DNA from: Eledone cirrhosa
Lineage: Eukaryota
Length of the DNA: 64,000 bases
Assembly (NCBI GenBank): GCA_964016885.1
Contig: OZ024758.1
Span: 5,456,001-5,520,000, forward strand
Reading direction: 5' to 3'
In this document: positions 39,569-50,597 of the stretch, one piece after another
How the letters are laid out: each line of letters begins with the position of its first letter
Numbering within the stretch: position 1 is the first letter of the stretch
Notes under the pieces: model-generated
The model's input: only the letters and a program-made list of their open reading frames with translations
Database searches by the model: none
What the model was told of the DNA's origin: nothing
Position numbers and translations under genes: made by a program

Positions 39569-41110
39569 CTAAGCTATACCAACATATCTGTGGTGTCTTA
39601 GTTTTTTCATACAAAATACATAGATATGTTTCTTAATAAGGTATATAAATAGGAAACTAGTTGTTAAGAATATGTAAAAGATGAAAGTTCGAATTTTCTC
39701 AGAATACACTCCAGTGTGAGAAAGATGTTTCAATTCTTCTAAAGTCATATGCCTGGATGCATACACTGATTTATCTGGAAATAAACCTTTTAAACTATAT
39801 GGACCATGTTTTGATTTTATCATCCACATGCTGTCCATCAGCTGATTATTGTCAACATATAAGACTTCCCAAAAGATGTGGCTTTTATTGAAAACATTCA
39901 AGCGGCCAAATGCTTCTTTTTTACGATGTGTTGTCGCAAAAGCTGACCAGTGTTCTCGAAATGATGAAATTGAATCGATAATGTAGTTATAACCAAAAGT
40001 TCCTATGACAATATGAACAGGACCAGGTGCGTCTTTATAATTATATGCCAGAACTCGTTTTTGATAAATAGGCCACGTTCTTTCATAGGAATGTTCATGT
40101 CCGCTGAGGACAAGATCCACTCCGTATGTAAATAAAATCTTCTCAAGAATGGCCCGAACTTTTGAACTGTCTGTAGCGCAATCTTCCATCAAATTCTCCA
40201 AAGAACAATACAAAGGTCTATGTGTTAGTACAAAGATCCAAGGCACCAATTCCCGATTTGCATTCGCTTGAACCAAATCTTCCTTCAGCCAATCTAGTTG
40301 ATTCTTCATTGCAAGATCATTTTTCATAAAATGTTCTGATACTAAAGAAATTACATGAACAACACCAATATCTAAACTATACCAGAGTCGATCATTCATT
40401 GCTGGCCAATTTTGATTCGGAACTGAAAATCGATATCGATAATGTTCGTAATTGTCAAATGATTCGTGATCGCCAGGTACAGTAAGGTAAGGTATACGAG
40501 AGATCATATTTTTTAGTTTATTCAAAAAGAGATCTCCAACAATACCATCATTAGATGCTAGGTTATAGGCAATATCTCCAATGTGGAAGATCGAAGTGTA
40601 CCTATTATTGATAGTTTCTTGGACCACATACGGTATGCCCCCCGAACGTAAACCCATGTCAGCAATTACAAGAAAAGATTGCATTATACTACTGGACGTC
40701 GGGGAAAATGGTATCGTAAACGATTCGATCGGATCTAAGTAAGATTTCAATTTATTCTGACGTACGATCTGATAGTAATACGTGTTATCATGAATAAGGT
40801 TAGACAAAACAACTCGGTGAAAATATCTTTTCTTTACCGATGGAAACTGGACCGTCTTACCGACAGCAATGTCAGAGAGTGAATGTTTTAACAGTCCATA
40901 TCTAACCCGAGGTGGAATGTCTTTATCGTAGTCAAGGTTTGTAGAGCACCATAAAATACAGATTTCGTTTGTTTTGTTGCCAAATGAAATGTGAACTGTT
41001 CTCACCTCAGACAGGCTGTTATAAGTTGCTTTTGGTTTGATGACGGACTGTTCAATAGAAATACCAATGATGAGAATTAACCAAAAAAGGGAATACCAAC
41101 ATTCCAACAT
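39569..41110 (-). CDS. ACP7: Purple acid phosphatase / acid phosphatase type 7-like metallophosphoesterase, 513 aa
   Basis: Hydrophobic N-terminus, FN3-like N domain (VHISFG..HRVVLSNL..YYYQ), motifs ADMG, GDIAY, GDHE, VLTH(RPLYCS), GHEHSYER; start taken at MLECW (41110); orthology by recognition only. Confidence 0.88.
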   Translation of the reverse strand: MLECWYSLFWLILIIGISIEQSVIKPKATYNSLSEVRTVHISFGNKTNEICILWCSTNLDYDKDIPPRVRYGLLKHSLSDIAVGKTVQFPSVKKRYFHRVVLSNLIHDNTYYYQIVRQNKLKSYLDPIESFTIPFSPTSSSIMQSFLVIADMGLRSGGIPYVVQETINNRYTSIFHIGDIAYNLASNDGIVGDLFLNKLKNMISRIPYLTVPGDHESFDNYEHYRYRFSVPNQNWPAMNDRLWYSLDIGVVHVISLVSEHFMKNDLAMKNQLDWLKEDLVQANANRELVPWIFVLTHRPLYCSLENLMEDCATDSSKVRAILEKILFTYGVDLVLSGHEHSYERTWPIYQKRVLAYNYKDAPGPVHIVIGTFGYNYIIDSISSFREHWSAFATTHRKKEAFGRLNVFNKSHIFWEVLYVDNNQLMDSMWMIKSKHGPYSLKGLFPDKSVYASRHMTLEELKHLSHTGVYSEKIRTFIFYIFLTTSFLFIYLIKKHIYVFCMKKLRHHRYVGIA

Positions 41111-42299
41111 ATTGTAATCCTTAAAAAAAAAAAAAATCAACCGGCAGAAAACAAGGAAGTAAAACCCGACATATTAATTCTGGGCGGATAACAAATAAAC
41201 TTTAGGTGAGCGGGTGAATTATAGAAACAGAAACGCGGAAAACGAAACGAAATATTAGATAATTTTACAAAACAAACCCCGCAAATACATCGAAAATCAG
41301 ACAAATAGCTACAAAATATATTTTTTAAATATAAAAGGGACCGAAACTTCATGTATTCGACAGAAAATAAATAAAATACTGCGTATTAATGACAAAATAA
41401 TTCTTTACATTCTAAACCAAATGTAGAATTCAACGGAAAATACATCCACTATGCTACATAGATTAATTTGCCAACTACGTATAAACAAATTAAGCTTTCT
41501 ATATTTACGTTGAATTCTGTTTACTTCGGAGAGAAAAATACACACAGAATAAAATATTAATTGTTCCATGAAGATATTTAATCAATAGAACAGCAAAAGT
41601 AAAACTATAGACGAGATAATGTAAACGAAATCGATAAAATACACTCGACTAATTTTTTAATGAAATCTTTAAAGGCCGTGATGTAATCGATAATTAAAGG
41701 GAGTTAACTCTCGTTTTAACTTTGACACTTGAGCAAAGCTTTTCAGTTATTTAACCAATGCGATTTTATTTCGAAACTTGCGACAGTTTGGAGCAATATA
41801 TATGCGTTTTTAATTAATAAACTTTCTATTGGAAATATTCCTGATAATATACCAACGGTATAACATTTTTTGGTTGCTCTACGTTAGAAATGTACAAATA
41901 TTTGTCAGTTATATTGAGAAAAAAGGGGGCTAAATTCGTAGTAGGTTAATTTCAATTCCCCTTTAAACCCTTCTCAAAGTTCTCACTCTACTAAAGCCTT
42001 TGAGAGGTAAACATGTCATAGCATTTCTCTTGTCTATAGAAATCAATTTATAATTTTTATATAACTTTAGATCTTCATAGAAATTAAACGCTTAAGACTG
42101 GAACCACTGTTTCATAACTCTCACGCTTGGAATCCCTGTGGTTATTGTCAACTCAGTCCCCCCTTTTCTTTTGAGGCTCCGAAGCAACATTGCATCCTTC
42201 TGCCACTCTCATTCAACTGTTATTTCTGTTCTCTCCAGCTGCCAACACCAACAACCCAGTCCCCAGTGAATGACACAAAACGTCTCTGTGATCAGTCTG

Positions 42300-42505
42300 T
42301 CTCGAGCCCGGGGTTCATCAGGGTTTCCGTGGCGTGAAGCAACTGAGAGTACAAGACTTCCCCATGGACAGGACGCCAGTCCATCGCAGGGTTAAACCTC
42401 CAACTATTGCTGGTACTCATTTTCAGCTGAGTATACTGGAGCAACGTAATCAAACCAACGACGTTATGATCGTAAGTCCAGCATACCACTAGGTCATGCA
42501 CCTCC
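42300..42505 (-). mobile_element. tRNA-derived SINE family 2
   Basis: Reverse copy of 61940-62215 core (GAGTACCAGC..AACCCTGCGATGGACTGGCGTCCTGTCCA). Confidence 0.75.
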
Positions 42506-42786
42506 ACATCTGTGACCAAGTCTAATTGCTAATTAAATGCTGGCTTTAAACAACATGGTTCTTTGGCAAACACTTGAAATCCTAGCCACTCTACACCAGA
42601 AATACCCATCCCAGTTCCTGCCAGCCATATTTCTTTATCCATCTCCGAGGAGGATGTAATATCTGCCCTGAGATCCTTCTCAAGTAGCAGCAGTGGCGAG
42701 TTGGTTGGTTTGTGACTCAGTCATCTCAGAAACCATATTTCACTGAGGTCTGATTAAGCCTGTCTAAGTTCATCATTGTTCTAATG

Positions 42787-43294
42787 CAGTGGTTCTCAAC
42801 CTTCTTTTACCAACGGCACACCTCGGAACACATGAACAAATAGCAGCACACTGGCTAAATATATATGAAAAATATTTGAATTTCACAAAATAAAAACATG
42901 GCAAGTCATAGATGGCATACAACTGTAGACACAGACTAGTCATAGATGGCATACAACCGTAGACACAGACTAGTCATAGATGGCATACAACCGTAGACAC
43001 AGACTAGTCATAGAATGACTCAAACTAAATAAAGAAAACACAGCTATGAACTTACTTTATTGCAGTGTTTCGACTTTCATCAGTCAAATAGCTGGCTTCT
43101 TTAGTGAGAGATTTGTACCTGGCTTTCATTAATAATTTCCTCAATGTCTGGTCGAATATGAGACAGACACACCCTCATTTCTTCTTCCGTTGTACATAAT
43201 CGCATTTTCTTAGTGTGCCGTTCAAAATTTTGCGTCACACTTAGGAAGATCTCGCGGCACACGTGTGCCATAGCACACTGGTTGAGAATCACCG
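42787..43294 (-). mobile_element. hAT (Charlie/Buster-like) deletion derivative
   Basis: TIRs CAGTGGTTCTCAACC / GGTTGAGAATCACCG; perfect 8-bp TSD TTCTAATG; transposase C-terminus EMRVCLSHIRPDIEEII..QVQISH; internal 34-bp x3 repeat. Confidence 0.88.
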
Positions 43295-43449
43295 TTCTAA
43301 TGAATAGTCTCCAAGCCGACCTCCTTCTTCTTCATGTCCAACTGGACTGTCTTGAACAAGAATATGAAGGTTAACATTAATCTGCAAGTCAGTTGTAGTG
43401 GACCTCAGAGAGGAATTACACCCTGACCAACTCATTGTAGGGGTTAAAT

Positions 43450-44530
43450 GTGGGTGAAAGCATGTATCCCCATTGTCAGCTCACCTGCTGATAAAGTTGG
43501 ACATGTGAAACACCTATAATAGCGTTAAGCAAGACCATATCCTAGAAAGATGTCAGACAGGTCCCTTCAATGATCTCACAGGCACATCTTATAGGATACC
43601 CAGCATGGTCATTGCTGCTGGAAACATTATCACACCGGCCATATTTGTCCAGCAAAGTGACTCACACAACCTTGCATTGGCTATCATTGACATTGTCTGC
43701 TCAGCTTTCAATGCCTGGTATTGAGATAACTTGACTCTGGGTGGCTCTATTCAGATCACCTCAGCCCCATTGCTCTATGGACTAGAGATTAATTCATCCA
43801 AGTATGAAGTGATAAATGTGAGTTAAGGTGAAACTTAATGACACACATCATTAGGATCATTCTGACAGAGGTACATTCTATCATGAGAGATAATATCTAC
43901 ATTCTCAGCGTACCCAGCGATCAAACAAGCTGATCTGACAAGAATGACAGACAGATTCTGTATCCTCCTGAGAAACTACTTTGCACTCCCCAAATTTTTC
44001 TCTTTTGTTGAACATTGAGCTTTGTCACCCCTGTATGTTTACAACCCTAGCTGACAACAGGCAGAACTCCCTGAGGTTCAATGTTATCGGCCTTTGTTCA
44101 GAATTCGACCTTGCATTGCTGGCCTACCTTTCATTTATTGTCTCCAGCTTTACCCTCATCATTGAGATTTTCTGCAAGATGTTGGAATCATCTGGTCTGC
44201 CTAGTAGCTTTTTTGGCCTCCATGTGTATGAGCTACACAAATGCTGTTATAGAGCTGTGTTGAAGGATTCAGACTACATTCACCTGGTTGTCATCAGAAT
44301 ACTGGTCAGTTCTTTTATCACACCACCTCAAATGATATCAACAAGAGTCTTGACAAGCGCAGTTTCCCATCACAACTGGAACCTGCTAAGTCTTGACTGC
44401 GGTGTCCTTGGTCCCTGGACAGCTGTTTTTCTCCACATAACTGAGAGGAGAGCATCATACCTGAGAAAGATCCCCATGAGGTAGACTGGCTGATATAGCA
44501 GGTGTTGCTGGCTGTTCTTGATTGGCAAAC
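43450..44530 (+). mobile_element. Highly decayed CRE-like LINE
   Basis: GC-richer block ending in GGTGTCCTTGGTCCC..CCCCATGAGGTAGACTGGCTG..CAGGTG, similar to the other CRE-like 3' ends. Confidence 0.4.
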
Positions 44531-44780
44531 ATTCTCTTTCTTTACTTTAATAGTGAAACTAGTAGAGAATCCCGCCGAGGTTAACTTTGGCTTTCATCCT
44601 TATGGGGTTGATAAAATAAAGTACCAGTAATGTACTGGGTATTTGCTGGCCTTGTGCCAAAAGTAGAAACAATTATAACATTTTATTTCTTATATTATTT
44701 CATACAATTTTAAAAATATTCTTTCAAAGTACAAAATAATTATCACAATAAAAATAAATTATCTTGATTAAAGATGGATC

Positions 44781-45009
44781 CTAAGATGGATTCAGAACAC
44801 ATTTTTTAAATTCTGTTAGTAATTCTGTTTCCTTGTTTTTTTCTATTTCATCACCACATTTGGCACTCGGAATTTTTTCAGTGCAATTTGTCAGAATGTC
44901 TTTATCTTCCTTCTTCTTAGAACCATCATCATCATCATCATCATTATCATCACTGTCATTGCTGTTTTCGTCCTCACTGACCTCATCATCATCATCGGAT
45001 TCTGATAAG
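44781..45009 (-). CDS. TSR3: TSR3 exon 6 (acidic tail, stop)
   Basis: TACAG acceptor; SLSESDDDDEVSEDENSNDSDD..NPS, TAG at 44781-44783; phase matches exon 5. Confidence 0.85.
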
Positions 45010-45331
45010 CTGTAATAAATAAAGTAAATTACTAATGTTAGGATATCATTCACTGTATATTGTGTGTTTATCTATTTTTATTTTATTTATATATGTTATA
45101 TTTATTATCTGTTTTTTCTACTGTTTTACACTTATGTTAAAATAGATGGGATAGTTCCTTGTCTGTTGTACTGTGATTGACTGCAGTCTACTGACTGAAA
45201 CCAGTAAAAAAATAAAGGAATCATTAACTTATGAGACACTATGGTACTCACCATTACCATAAATCAATGCACCTTAGTGAGACTAATCATAGTTATTTTG
45301 CTTTTCCATTAATACAAGAAATCAGTAGTTA

Positions 45332-45499
45332 CCGTACTTCCCAGCGTCGAAGACACTACCTTTTCCCTAAAATAAGTCTCAAAAATCTACCATACGTCCT
45401 GGAGGCCAAAGGCTGTTTATTATTTTTTTTTCAAATTTTTGTTGTCAAAATTAGGGTGTGTTCTCGAGGATGAAGCGTCTTTGATGCCAGGAAATACGG
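45332..45499. mobile_element. Tc1/mariner-type MITE in TSR3 intron 5
   Basis: TA-CCGTACTTCC..GGAAATACGG-TA; partial copy at ~5192-5328. Confidence 0.75.
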
Positions 45500-45523
45500 T
45501 AAGTAGAAAATGATATCAACAAT

Positions 45524-45568
<45 letters not shown>

Positions 45569-45573
<5 letters not shown>

Positions 45574-45632
45574 ATCTTTTGGGCCGTCTATTCGATTAGG
45601 GTTATAATATTCCAAAGAGGTATCAAACATGT
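45569..45632 (-). CDS. TSR3: TSR3 exon 5
   Basis: TGTAG acceptor; DMFDTSLEYYNPNRIDGPKDE; 64 nt bridges phase 1 to phase 2; NPNR motif as in TSR3 tails. Confidence 0.82.
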
Positions 45633-45879
45633 CTACAAGACAGAGAAAGAGAATGGCCATTAGTTTAGTTTATGTTAAACTATGTCATATTTATATTTTA
45701 AATTTGAAAGTAGAGAAGCAAGAAAAAAGTATTGAATTTAATTTTGGTTAAAATAAAATTCTAGATATAAATAATACAAATAATATTTTGATTAAAATAA
45801 AATTCTAGATATAATATAAATAATATTTTGATTAAAATAAAATTCTAAATAGAATATAAAAGTAAAATCGTTAACATAC

Positions 45880-46059
45880 CTGCATCATTCCATTGTTTTC
45901 TTTCAAGTTCAATTTTCTCCAAATAAGAATTTTGTAATTCTACCACATCTGCACTACTTTTACTGCCTGCATAAATATCAAGAAGTTCTTTGTTCAAGGT
46001 GAAGAAATTTAGTCCCCATTTGAATTTTTCAAGCAATATTTTGCCTTGTTCCAAGAAAC
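45880..46059 (-). CDS. TSR3: TSR3 exon 4
   Basis: GFLEQGKILLEKFKWGLNFFTLNKELLDIYA; AG/GT boundaries in phase. Confidence 0.92.
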
Positions 46060-46385
46060 CTTCAAAATAAAAAGTTTGTATAATATCTGAAATTAGTTAT
46101 TGTTAATCTATAAATATCCTTACTGCAATTATTAACCTTAACTTTAGAGACAAAAGACTTCTTCAATATCTCTGCCTACATTTCAATTGTCATACATCCA
46201 CGACAGGAGCAGCTGGAAGGAGTGTTTAAGGACTCTGCCCCAATGATCCTCTCAGGAATAAGTGGGCAAAGAAGAAGATACATCCATGACATACTGTATA
46301 TACTCAAATAGTTGTGTGTATCACTACCAAATGACAAACTTCACTCAATTTAAGAACTCTGAAGAAACAGTATCAAAAGACTTAC

Positions 46386-46579
46386 CTGTAATATAAAGTG
46401 TAGCTGCAAAAGCTTCCACACAAGACAATTTACAGGGTCGGCCATAGTTGATAGGATTAGCAGCTACTAGATAAGGTAAAAGTCGTGGATGGTTTCCTTT
46501 CATTGAGGTGAACGGTGTCTGCTGTAATTTAGCCCAAGAGCAATCTACTACAGCTATCCCATGTTTTAATATGATATCT
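46386..46579 (-). CDS. TSR3: TSR3 exon 3
   Basis: [40 protein letters not shown], the TSR3 signature. Confidence 0.96.
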
Positions 46580-46759
46580 CTGTTAAACAAAATAAAAATA
46601 TGCAGAATATTTATTAGTTTTTTATATATTTTATATTAGAATTTGTGAAAAAAACTGTTATTGGTTAGAGGTTTAGAAGTGACCAATCACTGCATTTAAA
46701 ACAACAAGAACGACAAAGGAGTGTAATGTAGGCAGAACAATATAAAAACTTCATTCATA

Positions 46760-47012
46760 GTGTTGGTGACATAACAAAAAGCACCCAGTCCACTCTGTTA
46801 AATGGTAGTGTTGGTGCCATGACAAAAAACTCCCAGTCTACACTATAATGTGGTTGGTGTTAGGAAGGGCATCCAGCTGTAGAAACCAAGCCAAAATACA
46901 GTTCCGTTATAAACAAGATGTGAGTCACCTGACCTGATTTGTCTCGTAACAAGGCAACCTGTCTAACCCATGCAAGTGTGGAAAAATGGATGTTAAATGA
47001 TGATAATGATGA
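46760..47012 (+). mobile_element. SINE-like family 3 with (ATG)n tail
   Basis: GTTGGTGTTAGGAAGGGCATCCAGCTGTAGAAAC..AACCCATGC..GATGAT; copies at 61350-61573 (+), 62270-62436, 34309-34400, 38380-38540 (-). Confidence 0.7.
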
Positions 47013-47512
47013 TTTCTTGTTTTATGTGAAAACTCTTGAACATTGTAATAACCTTATTGACATTCTTCCAGTAATTTCTCAGCAAAATATTCACATATTT
47101 ATAACTTAACCAGCATTTAAACTGGCTGAATCTGGCCAGAATTCTCTCACCTTTTTTGTTCAAACCGGCTGTAACCAGCTGTTCATTGAACATTAAAGTA
47201 ATGTTCTCAAAATAAAATGATATCAAAATCTTATAGATTCAATATCATGTGAGATAATTGTGTGAGGTAAAGACTTTAATACGAAAATATAATACTAAAT
47301 ATAAAGTAATGTAAATACTAAAGTGTTATAATAGTAAATATAGAATAACGTAAATGATAAAGGGTTAAATAATATTTACTGCTTGTTGTTGTTGGTGTAA
47401 CAATAGTGTTTGTTGTAGTAGTTGTTAAGTGTAATGATGGTGTTTGTTGTTGTTGTTAGGTGTAGTGATGGTATTTGTTGTTGTTAGGTGTAACAATGGT
47501 GTTTGTATTTAC

Positions 47513-47723
47513 CTGTCTTGGGGTGAAACACATTGTTTCCCTTCTGGAGTCAAAATAATTCCAGAAAACCTTTGATGTAAATTAAGAGTTTTAACAAACT
47601 TCATTCTCACTAATTTCCTACCAGAACATTTCTTTGGATCACACTGTTCCATATCCCACATGGCTAACGGAAATGGTATTTGGGTTTCAGCAGAATTTGA
47701 GGAACATTGTGAAGCATTTTCTT
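47513..47723 (-). CDS. TSR3: TSR3 exon 2
   Basis: PFPLAMWDMEQCDPKKCSGRKLVR..GIILTPEGKQCVSPQDR, the conserved N-terminal TSR3 domain. Confidence 0.96.
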
Positions 47724-49360
47724 CTGAAATAAAAATAAAAACAAGTTTAACCCTCTTTTAGCATTTAAACCGTCCGTATCCGGCCAGAATTCTCTCACCT
47801 GTTTCCGTTCAAACCAGCTATAACTGGCCACTCATACTGATGTTAAGGTATTGTTCTCAAAATAAATAATATCAAAATCTTTTAGATTCAATATTATGTG
47901 AGATAAAGCCTTTACAGTGAAAATATAATAGTATATACAGTGTAAATGTTATGTGAGATATGTAGTACCAATGAAAGTATGGACACATTACCGATGACAG
48001 AGAGAGAGAGAGAGAGAGAGAGGAGATGAGGGAGGGAGAAAGAGAGAAGAGATGAGAGAGGGGAGGTAGAGAGAGAGAAAGGGAGATGGACAGCAGATTC
48101 AGTATAGCACGGGAGGGGGGAGAGGGAGAGACAGAAAGTTTTGAGTTTTATATAGGATATATAGATATTCCAAGTACTATTGTTTGTTTCTTTAGAAAAA
48201 TTAATGATGTTCGAGTTTGTATTATATTCTGGTTTCTGTCAGTATTTTATTATTTCGAGTTAATGGCCATAATCCCTAATATGAAGGATAATCCATACAT
48301 TCGCTGATTATTGATCGTTAATTTTAAATATTTCTTTACTAAATTGAATAAGTTAGTTAACCGCGAGGAATGGTAGTTACCTCCCTTGGAGAACCTTCGT
48401 AAAACTTAAATGGAATTAAGCAGTAATTCTTTAGTATTTTCATTTTCACTAAACTATAAAATAATAAAAAAATTATTGGGTGACACCTCCTTTTAATTTT
48501 AGTAATTCTTTGCTAAAATCTGAAGAAACCAGAAAAAACAAAAACATATAAAGAATAATATTCTTCCTGATTACCTCAGTAAGATCTTGAAATGTTATTA
48601 AAAATACTATTTCTCCCTCAAGAAATGCCCCTCTTATTGTTTTTCGAGGCGTAAGAGTCAACCGTTCTTCGCAGCACACTACTTCTCCAATGTTCGTCCA
48701 CACAGGAAGTATCGCTACAGGTCGCATCACAGATTAAGGACTAATTACCTTCAAATGGATAAATTGTGATACCATCCGGTCTTTTCCTATCCCCTCAATC
48801 TATGTTCACCATCCTATGTTGTGATGAGAAAGCAGCTGCGTTTAAACCATGTTTAAAGGAGTTTACAAGGAGGATTAATAGTTGCTATGCCATAACATCC
48901 TGCTGGACTGCACCACGTTGTATTTTCTTTACGTCTAACAGATAATACCATATCTAATATTTAACAAACAATACCATATCTAATATCTAACAGATAATAC
49001 CATAAGCATCATTCGTACCAATAATATAAAACCAGTGCAAGGCCCGGTTCCCATTCAATTAGGCCGCTATAACATATCTATTCCATAGCTTCATTAAAAT
49101 TGAGAGCCTTGACAAATATATCTTTGGAAACTCTGTTTACCCTTCACATCAGGAGTAAAAATTGTAAAAAATATGTTTCCATCAAACATAACACCCGGCC
49201 CTAGTTTTGATCACCAATTAAAGCCATTCTATTGTATTTAGCTATGTTCCTGAGGGATGCATGAAAACCACACAATCTCACACCCCTTCTGTTAAAATTT
49301 GGGGTCTGTAGCGATACATTTTTAACGCCTAAGTGTTTGTTTACATAAGTAGGCTGTTAT

Positions 49361-49395
<35 letters not shown>

Positions 49396-49459
49396 ATCAC
49401 CATTAATACAGAATTAAAGATTGAAATAAGATGACTAGAATAGAAAACTAAAACATTAC

Positions 49460-49595
49460 CATCGCCAAAAGCTGCTCCAAGTTCGCTGCCATCACTTTTG
49501 TTTTGTCGGAGTTTTTTACGATTATGTACTGACCGTAATGTTTCAACTGGATTTTTACCCTTCTTTCGAGATTTTTGGGAATTTTGTTTTCCCAT
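49460..49595 (-). CDS. TSR3: TSR3 exon 1 (18S rRNA aminocarboxypropyltransferase)
   Basis: MGKQNSQKSRKK basic N-terminus; donor G|GTAATG, phase 1 fits exon 2; joined CDS 1014 nt = 337 aa. Confidence 0.85.
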
Positions 49596-50597
49596 ATTCA
49601 ATTGTGGCTGTTGAAGATAATTTGAGAGACCGAAGTATAAAAGTATTAATTATTAAAAAGCTGTCGTAAATGTCTCGTACAATGTCAGCAAAGTGACATC
49701 GGAATTAATAAATGCTCCCTTATAAATCGATGCAAGGGAGATAACTGTGTTGTAACTTTGCTCGGGAGAATTCATTGACATCATTATAGCATAAACGGAC
49801 ACATCAATGCATTTGCGATGTTTATGGATAATAAACATACAAGAGTCTCGCTATAATGCTATTAAGCTGTGATTATATCATAGTAAGACTCTTATATGTT
49901 ATACTTCTATTATGAACCACGTTATGTTAGTACTATTGCTAAATAATTCAAGAATATATAAGCCATATAAGTTTACAGTAATATTGACTCAGCTCACATC
50001 CAATATTTACAATGATATATCTCCCATCAAGTTAAAATACTCAATATATGGCTGCTGCAATGAGTGTCTATAGCCATTCTATGTGGTAATACCTTTGTCA
50101 TTTTGTCCGCGGTGCTCGTCTAAAGTACTTCTCAGACTGGGGTATAGTGTCTGTCCCTCCTCCTCTCCCTTCTTTTCGTTGCTTGATCCTTTCTTTTCAT
50201 TTTCTTTTCTTCTTCTTCCTTTTCTGTTCCCTTCAATAATGTTTTTGCTGTTGTTTTTCTCAGACACTGCTCAATTCTATACTGCAAAGCATGGTGTCTG
50301 ATCCTCTACCGATACTGATATGCCCTTCCAGCGCATCTCCTTGACCATCCTCCGCGGAAACGCCTTTTCCATTCTGTCCCCCGGGGCTGTGAGGCAGCTA
50401 GCACATGAGACCCCATTTGCTCATAATACAGAGAGATGGGGGCGATGACAGTGGGAGTTCGGCTCTTCTGCGTTCGGACGTGGTGTGCAGCGTCAGATAT
50501 AGAACTCCAGGGCCTCTCTCTCTCTCTCTCTCTCTCTGTAGATAGATGGACAGACAGATAGTTAGGTAGATAGACGGATAGTTGGGTAAATAGATAT

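Noticed and set aside
41111-41140. ORF-track N-terminus MIFFFFKDYN of ACP7
   Set aside because: Non-ATG start within a poly-T splice-acceptor tract; the first ATG is at 41110
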